Shown here: positions 48,910 to 57,004 of the stretch, in pieces
How positions within the stretch are numbered: the first letter of the stretch is position 1
How the letters are laid out: each line of letters opens with the position of its first letter
Assembly (NCBI GenBank): GCA_034667725.1
Contig: JAXDQS010000010.1
Span: forward strand, 192,001 to 256,000
Length of the DNA stretch: 64,000 bases
Direction of reading: 5' to 3'
From: Thermoplasmata archaeon
GTDB lineage: Archaea > Thermoplasmatota > E2 > JACPAO01 > JAHFTW01
Made by a program: the position numbers and the translations under genes
Notes under the pieces: generated by a model
What the model was told of the DNA's origin: nothing
Database searches by the model: none
What the model saw: the letters and a program-made list of their open reading frames with translations, nothing else

Positions 48910-49217
48910 GCAACTGCTCCTTCTGCGGCAAGCCCGTCGAGGCCGGCACCGGCAAGATGTACATCAAGCGGGACGCGACCGTGTTCCACTTCTGCAGCAG
49001 CAAGTGCCAGCGCAACCAGGTCGAGCTCGGCCGCGTCAACCGGCACGTCGGCTGGACCAAGGCCTACGCCGAGCACAAGGGCGACCGCCAGACGACGTCC
49101 GCCCGCGCCGCCGGCAAGGGCACCGCGACCGGCAAGGCCGTCGCCGCCGCCAAGCCTGCCAAGCCCGCGAAGCCCGCCAAGGCCGCCAAGAAGACGGCCG
49201 AGGCCCAGGCCGAGTAA
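48906..49217 (+). CDS. rpl24e: 50S ribosomal protein L24e with C-terminal AKP extension
   Basis: CSFCG..VE.GTG.MYI..D.....FCSSKC and WTK motifs. Confidence 0.95.
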   Translation: MSNCSFCGKPVEAGTGKMYIKRDATVFHFCSSKCQRNQVELGRVNRHVGWTKAYAEHKGDRQTTSARAAGKGTATGKAVAAAKPAKPAKPAKAAKKTAEAQAE

Positions 49218-49229
49218 GCGCGCGCCAGC

Positions 49230-49263
49230 GCCTCCTTTTTCCCTCTCCTTCCTCCCCTCTTTT
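49230..49263 (+). terminator. Pyrimidine-tract terminator of the ribosomal protein operon
   Basis: CCTCCTTTTTCCCTCTCCTTCCTCCCCTCTTTT after the L24e stop. Confidence 0.6.
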
Positions 49264-49287
49264 GAACGCGGCCGGCTTCGGCGCCCC

Positions 49288-49842
49288 GTGGCCCTGACGC
49301 CGTCCACGATGGTGGAGCTCGGCACGCCCGCCCCCGACTTCGCGCTGCCCGACACCGAGGGCCGCGCCGTCCGCCGCGCCGACTTCGCGGGCCGGCCGCT
49401 GCTGGTGATGTTCCTCTGCAACCACTGCCCCTACGTCAAGCACGTCGCCAAGGGGCTCGCCGACGCCACCGCCAAATACCTCCAGAAGGGGCTCGCCGTG
49501 GTCGCCATCAACGCCAACGACGCCGAGCGCTACCCCGAGGACTCCCCCGCCAACATGCGTCGCGAGGCCCGCGACCGCGGCTACCGCTTCCCCTACCTGT
49601 TCGACGAGACCCAGGAAGTGGCCCGCGCCTACCACGCCGCCTGCACGCCGGACTTCTTCCTCTACGGCCGCGACCACCGCCTGGTCTACCGCGGCCAGTT
49701 CGACGACTCGCGCCCAGGCAACGGCAAGCCCGTGACCGGCATCGACCTCACGATGGCCGTGGAAGGATTGCTGGCGGGCCGGGCGCCGATCGAGCCGCAG
49801 GTGGCGTCGATGGGATGCAACATCAAGTGGAAGGCGGCCTAG
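49288..49842 (+). CDS. Thioredoxin/AhpC-TSA family redoxin
   Basis: APDF.LPD, F.CNHCPYV, DETQEVA.AY.AACTPDF and GCNIKW motifs. Confidence 0.93.
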   Translation: MALTPSTMVELGTPAPDFALPDTEGRAVRRADFAGRPLLVMFLCNHCPYVKHVAKGLADATAKYLQKGLAVVAINANDAERYPEDSPANMRREARDRGYRFPYLFDETQEVARAYHAACTPDFFLYGRDHRLVYRGQFDDSRPGNGKPVTGIDLTMAVEGLLAGRAPIEPQVASMGCNIKWKAA

Positions 49843-49930
49843 CGCGAGGACGAAGCGCCGGTCGTGCCCTTCACACCCCAAAGCCTTGCCGGTCCTTCGC
49901 ATCGGCACGCCCAAATGACGGGGCCGAATC

Positions 49931-50266
49931 GTGCAGGCCGTGGTGACGTACCGGGCGGTGGCCTTCGCGCTGGGCGCCCTGGGGCTGCTGGCGTTCGCCG
50001 CCGCCGGCGTGCTGGCCCTCACCGCGCAGCCGGACGCGTCCTGCGGCGCCATCGTCACCTGCAAGCGGGAGTCGCTGGCGAAGCAGGAGTTCCCGGTGGC
50101 GCTCGCCGCCGCGTTGGGCGCGGCGCTGATGGCGGCGGCCGTGCTGTTCCTGTTCCTGCAGTTCCGCCAGGACCGGCGCCGGCCGAAGCGGGCGGCGGCC
50201 GCGGCGCCTGCGCGCTCGCATGGGCCCATCGTCACGACGACGCGGCCGCGCCCGCCCCGGCCCTGA
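49931..50266 (+). CDS. Small two-TM membrane protein
   Basis: Two hydrophobic segments with a C-x5-C loop. Confidence 0.6.
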   Translation: MQAVVTYRAVAFALGALGLLAFAAAGVLALTAQPDASCGAIVTCKRESLAKQEFPVALAAALGAALMAAAVLFLFLQFRQDRRRPKRAAAAAPARSHGPIVTTTRPRPPRP

Positions 50267-51736
50267 TCACATCAAGGGCGGGATGTCGCCCGGCAGCCCC
50301 GACGCGGAGCCGGGCGCGTCGTCGGAGCCGCGCAGGCCGCGCTGGCTGCTGGCCCGCTTGCGGTAGCGCCCGTCGATGCGGAGCTGTTGGATCGCGGTCT
50401 CGAACGCGGCGGTGACGGCGATGCGCACCGGCGCCGCGGGGTCGAGCACGCCGTCGGCGTCGGGCAGCAGCGGCTCGACGATCGGGTCGTGGCCGGCGTT
50501 GGCCACCAGCAGGTCGGCCAGGCGGGCGAAGCCGTCGGCGGCGGCGCGCAACGCCCACGGCGTCTTGCCGGGCCCGGCGTCGGCCGCGGCGCGCAAGGCC
50601 TTGGCGAGGTGGCGCTGCCAGCGGCCGCCGCCCGGGACGCAGGAGGGGTCGCCGAGGTGGGCGCCGGCGGCGCGCAGCAGGCGCTCGGCGTCGTCCTTGG
50701 CGCGGTCTTGCGCCATGGCGTTGTGCGCCGGCACGACGAGGGTGGCGGACGGGCCGGCGCCCTGCACCATCCAGCCGGCGTGGCCGGGGCGGCGCACCAG
50801 GGTGCCTGTGCCCAAGTCGGCGGCCGTGGCCTCCTCCAGGCGCGGGACGGGGGTCGCGCCGGTGGCGCCGCGCAGGCGGTCGAGCGCGCTGCGCGGGGCG
50901 TCGTTCCACACGGTGATGCCGCGGGTGGCGGCGCGCTCGGCCAGCTCGGGGTTGACCTCGCGGGCGCAGACGACCAGGTTGACGCCGAGCCGCTGGAGGT
51001 GGCCGAGGGCCTCCGTGCGCCTGCGGTCCTCCCCGTCGGTCCAGGCCGCAAGCGCGTGGTCGGCCGTCATGCGGTAGGACATGCGCTCGTTCCATGGGCC
51101 GGGCTTCCAGTCGTCGGTCAGGAGCAGCACGCGCACCGGCGTCGCGGCGGGCACGTCGCGCGGGAGGTGCTGGGGCGCCACCGCGACGCCGGGCAGCCAG
51201 GCGGGGCCGTCGGCCTCGGCCCGCACGTCGACGGCGTCGAGCCGGATTTCGCCGTCGAGGCTGAGATGGGCGAGGCCGCGCAGCACGGTGGCGGCAAGGT
51301 CGGGCTGGCCCGGCAGCACGCTGCGCAGGCTGGCGCCGGCCGCGTCGCGGCTCGCCATGGCGTTGAGTTCCGCGCGCGCCTGGCGCAGCGCGAGCTGGTA
51401 GCCGTCGAGCAGGGCCGCGACCGGGACGCCGGCTTGCCGGGCGCGGTCGGCGGCCCGCATCAGGTGGGCCGCGAGCAGGATGGCGCCCGTCGCCTGGTCG
51501 CCCGCGTGCTCCTGGACGGCGTGCGCGAGGTCGAGGTACGGCTGCAGGTCGGGATGGCGGATGCCGGCCTCGCGCAGCGCCGAGGCGCCCGACTTGAGGA
51601 TCCGGCCGGAGCCGTCGCCCTGCTCGATGCACTTGTCCAGGCCGTGCGGCCCGTAGGTGGGCCCCGCGAAGCCGGCGACCCAGTCCGCGACCCATGCCGT
51701 GACGGCCCGCTCCTCGCCCGCTTGGCCTTCCTCCAC
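50267..51736 (-). CDS. Divergent group II chaperonin (thermosome-like) protein
   Basis: TYGPHGLDK, IRHP, GDQATG, VPGGG, VLDP and LRID, in the same order as thermosome motifs. Start set to GTG 51736. Confidence 0.8.
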   Translation of the reverse strand: MEEGQAGEERAVTAWVADWVAGFAGPTYGPHGLDKCIEQGDGSGRILKSGASALREAGIRHPDLQPYLDLAHAVQEHAGDQATGAILLAAHLMRAADRARQAGVPVAALLDGYQLALRQARAELNAMASRDAAGASLRSVLPGQPDLAATVLRGLAHLSLDGEIRLDAVDVRAEADGPAWLPGVAVAPQHLPRDVPAATPVRVLLLTDDWKPGPWNERMSYRMTADHALAAWTDGEDRRRTEALGHLQRLGVNLVVCAREVNPELAERAATRGITVWNDAPRSALDRLRGATGATPVPRLEEATAADLGTGTLVRRPGHAGWMVQGAGPSATLVVPAHNAMAQDRAKDDAERLLRAAGAHLGDPSCVPGGGRWQRHLAKALRAAADAGPGKTPWALRAAADGFARLADLLVANAGHDPIVEPLLPDADGVLDPAAPVRIAVTAAFETAIQQLRIDGRYRKRASSQRGLRGSDDAPGSASGLPGDIPPLM

Positions 51737-51795
51737 GCGGCGCCGAAGCAAGGGCTTCCCAAAGGCTTTCAGCAAGACCTGCCTCGCGCGGCCCG

Positions 51796-52827
51796 ATGCA
51801 GCTCGAGGTGGCCCTCCTGGCCGTCGTCGCTGTCGGGACCGCCATTCTGGTGGTCGCCGCCGCCGGCCTGCTGTTCCGCATGGCCCGCCGCCACGCCGAC
51901 GTCGTCCCCGCCGCCCGCGCCAAGGCCGTCGGCGCCCTCGTGGCCAGCCTGGTGCTCGGCGGCGTCGGCATCGTGGCCCTGCACGGCTTCGAGTCCGCCG
52001 GCCACGACGGCATCCACGCCACCTTCACCCAGAACCTCAACAAGACCGTCGGCGAGTCCGACTACCTCGAGGCCCAGAAGGCGCGCGTCAGCAAGACCAA
52101 CGCCATCGACAACATCCTGCCCGCCAAGATCCTGGCCGCCCAAGACGCGGTCAACGCGACCCCGGAAGGCACCAAGCAGCGCACCAACGCCGAGGGCAAC
52201 CTCACCGCCCTCCAGGCCGCCCTCGTCACCGCCCACGCCGACCTTGCCGCCGCGGAGGCCACCATGAAGCGCCTCGCCGGCAACCACCTCCTCTGGCTCA
52301 AGGTCCAGCCGCACTTGGCCAAGCACACGCCCGAAGGCGACGCCGAGGCCCACGACCTCATCGAGCGCTCCCTGCACGCCAGCACCGTCGGCGGCGTCCT
52401 CTCCATCGGCCCCGACGGCGCCTGCGCCCGCGACGCCAAGACCGGCGACTGCACCCAGCCCGTCACCGCGGCGGCGCTCGAGCACGACTTCAAGGACTCC
52501 CACCAGCAGCCGCTCACCATGGAGCAGGGCTTCGAGGACGCCTACCACCACAAGGCGGAGTTCACCCACCAGATGGAGAGCCAGATGGCCTGGTTCTTCT
52601 ACCCCAGCCTGACCGGCCTGTTCCTCGCGCCGTTCGCCTTCGTCGGCGGCCACTTCCTCAGCCGCGCCTTCGTCCCCAGCGACTCAGTCGGCTTCAAGAA
52701 GTACCCCGGCACCAGCGCCGGCTTCTTCCTGCTGCTGGGCGGGTTTGGCTTGCCGGCGCTGCCCTTCAGTGCATGGCTGCTGCGCGACTTCGCGAAGCGC
52801 AGCGCCGAAGGGCAGATCGCGCTGTAG
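51796..52827 (+). CDS. Membrane protein with large helical extracellular domain
   Basis: 2 TM + helical/coiled region + 2 TM. Confidence 0.7.
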   Translation: MQLEVALLAVVAVGTAILVVAAAGLLFRMARRHADVVPAARAKAVGALVASLVLGGVGIVALHGFESAGHDGIHATFTQNLNKTVGESDYLEAQKARVSKTNAIDNILPAKILAAQDAVNATPEGTKQRTNAEGNLTALQAALVTAHADLAAAEATMKRLAGNHLLWLKVQPHLAKHTPEGDAEAHDLIERSLHASTVGGVLSIGPDGACARDAKTGDCTQPVTAAALEHDFKDSHQQPLTMEQGFEDAYHHKAEFTHQMESQMAWFFYPSLTGLFLAPFAFVGGHFLSRAFVPSDSVGFKKYPGTSAGFFLLLGGFGLPALPFSAWLLRDFAKRSAEGQIAL

Positions 52828-52900
52828 GACACGCGGGTGTAGCCACATCGGCCGCAAGCCTGAACCCTTGCCTTGCACCTGCCGCCACGGTCGGTCGGAC

Positions 52901-53695
52901 ATGCAAAGCACCCCCATCCTTTCCAGCATCGCAACCGTCGCCTTGGCGCTCGCCTTGGCGGTGCCGGGCGCCGCGTACCACGTCACGCCGGACGCCTTCA
53001 ACAACCAGAACGGCCTCGACGCCCAGGAGTGGGGCCGGTCCCCGAGCGTGTACTTCCCGCTTGGCGACCCGTTCACCGACGACCAGCCCCTCTGCATCAC
53101 GCTGCGCGCCATCGCGAACTTCGTCCCGGACCCATCCCTGCGGACCACCCTGAACGCCCTGCTAAGCCTCGTCTGCAAGCCCTACTATGCCTGGAACGCC
53201 GCCGACGCCATCTTCGCCTTCCCCGTCTGCGAGGCGCCGCCTGCCTTCCCGGACCCGGGCCACAGCGGCTTCGGCAAGCTTTGCTTCATGAGCCCCGGCT
53301 TCGCGGGCGTCACATGCGCCTTCGTCGGCACCGGCGTCGACCAAGGCGGCTCGAACGGCTTCTACAACCCCTACACGGGCGGAGCCTGCGCCGCGGCCCC
53401 GCCCACCATGGCGCCGATGGGCGGGCCCGCCTGGTTCAGGATCACCATGCAGTCGACCCATCCCGCTACGCCAGGCAGCGACGTGCAGTTCGTCGCCTCC
53501 ATCGGCGGGATCTCCTGCCCGCCCGCCACCGCCCTCGTGTACGACGACCTCTTCGCCCAGACCGTGGCCAACGGCCACGTCACGGGCGTCCCGGACGTCG
53601 AGCCGGCGCCCGCCAGCTTCGGCGGCTACACGGTCGAGAGCGTGGCCGGCCCCGCCGGCCTCACGGCGTGCGGGGCGTCGCCGATGTACGTCTGA
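52901..53695 (+). CDS. Secreted Cys-rich hypothetical protein
   Basis: Signal peptide and 8 Cys. Confidence 0.7.
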   Translation: MQSTPILSSIATVALALALAVPGAAYHVTPDAFNNQNGLDAQEWGRSPSVYFPLGDPFTDDQPLCITLRAIANFVPDPSLRTTLNALLSLVCKPYYAWNAADAIFAFPVCEAPPAFPDPGHSGFGKLCFMSPGFAGVTCAFVGTGVDQGGSNGFYNPYTGGACAAAPPTMAPMGGPAWFRITMQSTHPATPGSDVQFVASIGGISCPPATALVYDDLFAQTVANGHVTGVPDVEPAPASFGGYTVESVAGPAGLTACGASPMYV

Positions 53696-53759
53696 CGGCG
53701 GCCACGTCGCGCGCCGCTCGCCAGAATAGTCATAAGCGACCCGCCCGTCGAAGCCCTTG

Positions 53760-53993
53760 ATGGTCCTGCGCTTCTTCCGCCGCAAGCCTGCCGCCAAGCC
53801 CCAGCCGCCTGCCGACAAGTCGCTCCCGGAGGTCTCGCGTCCCCAGCCCCCGCCCGTCGTGGCGCCCGAGCTGACCGAGTCCCCCAAGGCCCCTAAGCAG
53901 GTCAAGAAGGCCCCCGCCAAGAAGGCGGCCGCGAAGAAGGCCTCGGCCAAGAAGGCGCCTGCCAAGAAGGCGGCCGCGAAGAAGGCCAAGTAG
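53760..53993 (+). CDS. Small histone-H1-like Lys/Ala/Pro-rich protein
   Basis: KKAPA/KKAAA pentapeptide repeats, TATA-like CATAAG 29 nt upstream and a C/T tract after the stop. Confidence 0.7.
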   Translation: MVLRFFRRKPAAKPQPPADKSLPEVSRPQPPPVVAPELTESPKAPKQVKKAPAKKAAAKKASAKKAPAKKAAAKKAK

Positions 53994-54036
53994 GCCCGTT
54001 CCCCCTCCTTTTTCCCCGCTTCGTCTTCCGCAGCGC

Positions 54037-56115
54037 GTGGCCTACCAGCTCAAGGCCCCCTTCGAGCCCGCGGGCGACCAGGGGCCCGCCATCGCCGCCA
54101 TCGTCAAGGCCGTCCGAGCGGGCCAGCGCTTCATCACGCTCCAAGGCGTGACCGGCGTCGGCAAGACCTACATCATGGCGCAGGTGGTCTCGCAGGTCCG
54201 CAAGCCGACCTTGGTGATCAGCCACAACAAGACCTTGGCGGCGCAGCTCTACGAGGAGCTGAAGGCGTTCTTCCCCCAGAACGCGGTCGAGTACTTCGTC
54301 AGCTACTACGACTACTACCAGCCCGAGGCGTACGTCCCGCAGTCGGACACCTACATCGCGAAGGAGTCGGACGTCAACAAGGAGATCGAGAAGCTGCGGC
54401 ACTCGACGACGCAGTCGCTCATGACGCGCGACGACGTGGTGGTGGTGTCGTCGGTGTCGTGCATCTACGGCCTGGGCTCGCCGGAGAACTACCGCGCCAA
54501 CAACCTGCTCTTGCACGTGGGCGAGAAGATCGAGCGCCGCACCTTGACCGGCCGGCTGGTGGACATCTACTACGAGCGCAACGACGCCGAGCTGAAGCCG
54601 GGCACGTTCCGGGTCCGCGGCGACACCATCGACATCCTGCCCCCCGGCGACGAGGACCCGCTGCGCGTGGCGTTGTGGGGCGACGAGGTCGAGTCGATTC
54701 GCCGCGTCCACCGCCTCACCGGCGACACCCTGGTGGACTACCAAGGCGCGACCGTGTTCCCAGCCAAGCATTTCGTGTTGCCGCCGGACCAGCTCGAGGC
54801 CGCCATCCAGCGCATCCAGGAGCAGCTCAAGGACCGCCTGTCCGAGCTGCGCGGCCAAGGCAAGATCCTGGAGGCGGCGCGGTTGGAGCAGCGCACCCGG
54901 TTCGACGTCGAGATGCTGCGGGAAATCGGCTACTGCAACGGCATCGAGAACTACAGCCAGCCCTTGAGCGGCCGCCCGCGCGGCGACCCCGGCGCCTGCC
55001 TGATGGACTACTTCCCCGACGACTACCTGTTGATCATGGACGAGTCGCACGTGACGGTCCCCCAGGTGCGCGGCATGTACAACGGCGACCGGATGCGCAA
55101 GGAGACGCTCATCGAATACGGCTTCCGCCTGCCCAGCGCCCTCGACAACCGCCCCCTGAAGTTCCACGAGTTCGAACGCAAGTTCCGCCAAGTGGTGTTC
55201 ACGAGTGCCACGCCAGGCCCCTACGAGGCGGAGAAGGAGGAGCTGCGCGTGCAGGCCGTGGTGCGCCCCACCGGCCTCATCGACCCCGAGGTCGAGGTCC
55301 GCCCCGTCCAAGGCCAAGTCGATGACCTCTACGGCGAGATCGTCAAGACCGCCAAGCGCGGCGAGCGCATCCTCATCACGACGCTCACCAAGAAGATGGC
55401 CGAGGAGCTCACCAAGCACTACCAAGGCCTCGGCCTCAAGGTCGCCTACCTGCACTCCGACATCGACACGCTGGAGCGCGTCATCATCCTGGAGAAGCTC
55501 CGCAAGGGCGAGCACGACGTCCTCGTCGGCATCAACCTGCTGCGCGAAGGCCTCGACCTGCCCGAAGTGAGCCTGGTGGCCATCTTCGACGCCGACAAGA
55601 TCGGCTTCCTCCGCAGCCACACCAGCCTCATCCAGACCATCGGCCGCGCCGCCCGCAACGTCCACGGCCGGGTCCTGATGTACGCCGACCGGATGAGCGA
55701 CGCCATGAAGGTGGCCATCGACGCCACCAACGAGCGGCGCGCCAAGCAGGTCGCGTACAACAAGGAGCACGGCATCACCCCGACGAACGCCGTCCGCAGC
55801 ATGAAGGGCCTCGAGATCGACGGCCGCCGCATCGGCGAGAAGATCCCCGCCATCCCCAAGGAGGCCATCGCCAAGATGGGCAAGACCGACTTCGACCGCC
55901 TCATCCGCGACTTGGAGCACGAGATGCAGGCCGCCGCCAAGGCGTGGGACTTCGAGAAGGCCGCCCTGCTCCGGGACGAGATCCTGCAGCTCAAGACCGA
56001 CGCCGGGTCGCACAAGGACGAGCCTTCCGAGCGCCAGGCCGCGGCGCAGGAGAAGGTGGAGGAGCGGGTCGGGCCGCGGCGTGGGAAGGGGAAGCCGAAG
56101 GAGCCGCTGCTTTAG
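54037..56115 (+). CDS. uvrB: Excinuclease ABC subunit B
   Basis: G.TG.GKT, FVSYYDYYQPEAY, DESH, GINLLREGLD.PEV, QTIGRAARN and UVR domain. Confidence 0.97.
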   Translation: MAYQLKAPFEPAGDQGPAIAAIVKAVRAGQRFITLQGVTGVGKTYIMAQVVSQVRKPTLVISHNKTLAAQLYEELKAFFPQNAVEYFVSYYDYYQPEAYVPQSDTYIAKESDVNKEIEKLRHSTTQSLMTRDDVVVVSSVSCIYGLGSPENYRANNLLLHVGEKIERRTLTGRLVDIYYERNDAELKPGTFRVRGDTIDILPPGDEDPLRVALWGDEVESIRRVHRLTGDTLVDYQGATVFPAKHFVLPPDQLEAAIQRIQEQLKDRLSELRGQGKILEAARLEQRTRFDVEMLREIGYCNGIENYSQPLSGRPRGDPGACLMDYFPDDYLLIMDESHVTVPQVRGMYNGDRMRKETLIEYGFRLPSALDNRPLKFHEFERKFRQVVFTSATPGPYEAEKEELRVQAVVRPTGLIDPEVEVRPVQGQVDDLYGEIVKTAKRGERILITTLTKKMAEELTKHYQGLGLKVAYLHSDIDTLERVIILEKLRKGEHDVLVGINLLREGLDLPEVSLVAIFDADKIGFLRSHTSLIQTIGRAARNVHGRVLMYADRMSDAMKVAIDATNERRAKQVAYNKEHGITPTNAVRSMKGLEIDGRRIGEKIPAIPKEAIAKMGKTDFDRLIRDLEHEMQAAAKAWDFEKAALLRDEILQLKTDAGSHKDEPSERQAAAQEKVEERVGPRRGKGKPKEPLL

Positions 56116-56222
56116 CCCAGGCTTGGCCTAGGACAACCTGGGCGCAAAGACCGCGGATTCGCCCGCCTAGGCTTGTCCCAGCCCCCCATCCCGCCCGCAA
56201 CCGCGGAATCCGCGGCGAATCC
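56116..56222. repeat. Nested inverted repeats downstream of uvrB
   Basis: GCCCAGG..CCTAGG..CCTGGGC palindrome, CCGCGGATTC / GAATCCGCGG and GGATTCGCC / GGCGAATCC. Confidence 0.6.
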
Positions 56223-56289
56223 CGGGGCGCGGCTTCTGCCCTTGCCGGAGGCGGCCCCGTTCAAGCCCGCCCGCACCCAAGGGGTCGGC

Positions 56290-56475
56290 ATGGCCGACAG
56301 CTACGAGCTGCGCAAGGGTGCCCGCACCCTGAATGTCATCGAGGACGACCTGGCCGCCGAGATCGTGGCCGCCGTGGCCCGCGACCGCCTGGAGGAGGAC
56401 CTCGCGTCCCAGGCCCGCGTCGAGCGCGACCGCGAGGCGGCCGAGGCGGACGACAGCCTGGGCTGCGACTGCTGA
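56290..56475 (+). CDS. Small acidic hypothetical protein ending in CxC
   Basis: MADSYELRKG...SLGCDC, with a TATA-like TTCAAG ~30 nt upstream. Confidence 0.65.
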   Translation: MADSYELRKGARTLNVIEDDLAAEIVAAVARDRLEEDLASQARVERDREAAEADDSLGCDC

Positions 56476-56509
56476 AGCGTTTTCCCTCGCCCGCCGCTTC
56501 GCCGCCGCG

Positions 56510-56902
56510 TTGACCGACGCCACCGTGTGGTTCGACGGCGCCTGCAGCGGCAATCCCGGCCCCATGGGCGCCGGCGCCGTGGTCGAGGTCGCCGGCCGGC
56601 GCGAATCGTTCAGCCGCAACATGGGCCACGGCACCAACAACGAGGCAGAATACCACGCCATCATCCTGGGCCTGTTGCGCGCCCACGCCGCCGGGGCGAC
56701 CCGGGTGACGATCCGCGGCGACTCCCAACTGGTCCTGCGGCAACTGGAGGGCCGCTACGCCGTCAAGGCCGCGAACCTCCAGCCCTTGGTGGCCGAGGCC
56801 AAGCGCCTGTTGGGGCAGTTCGAGCGCGCCAAGCTGGAATGGGTCCCGCGGCTCGAGAACGCCGAGGCCGACGCCGCCGCCCGCCACGCCATCGGCATGT
56901 GA
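56510..56902 (+). CDS. rnhA: Ribonuclease HI
   Basis: FDGA..GNPG..G.G, TNN.AEY.A, GDSQLV..Q..G.Y.VK and WVPR..N..AD motifs. Confidence 0.93.
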   Translation: MTDATVWFDGACSGNPGPMGAGAVVEVAGRRESFSRNMGHGTNNEAEYHAIILGLLRAHAAGATRVTIRGDSQLVLRQLEGRYAVKAANLQPLVAEAKRLLGQFERAKLEWVPRLENAEADAAARHAIGM

Positions 56903-56927
56903 GCCCTCCTGGGCGCGGACGTCCCGC

Positions 56928-56940
56928 GGGGCGCAGCCCC
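56928..56940 (+). repeat. GGGGC-GCA-GCCCC mini-hairpin (same family as after polC and cdc6)
   Basis: CCGCGGGGCGCAGCCCCCGG, compared with CTCGGGGCGGAGCCCCCGG after cdc6. Confidence 0.65.
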
Positions 56941-57004
56941 CGGTTGGGGAGAAAACCAACCTCCAACCCTCTCTTATATGGGGACGGCGCCCATCGACCT
57001 ACCC

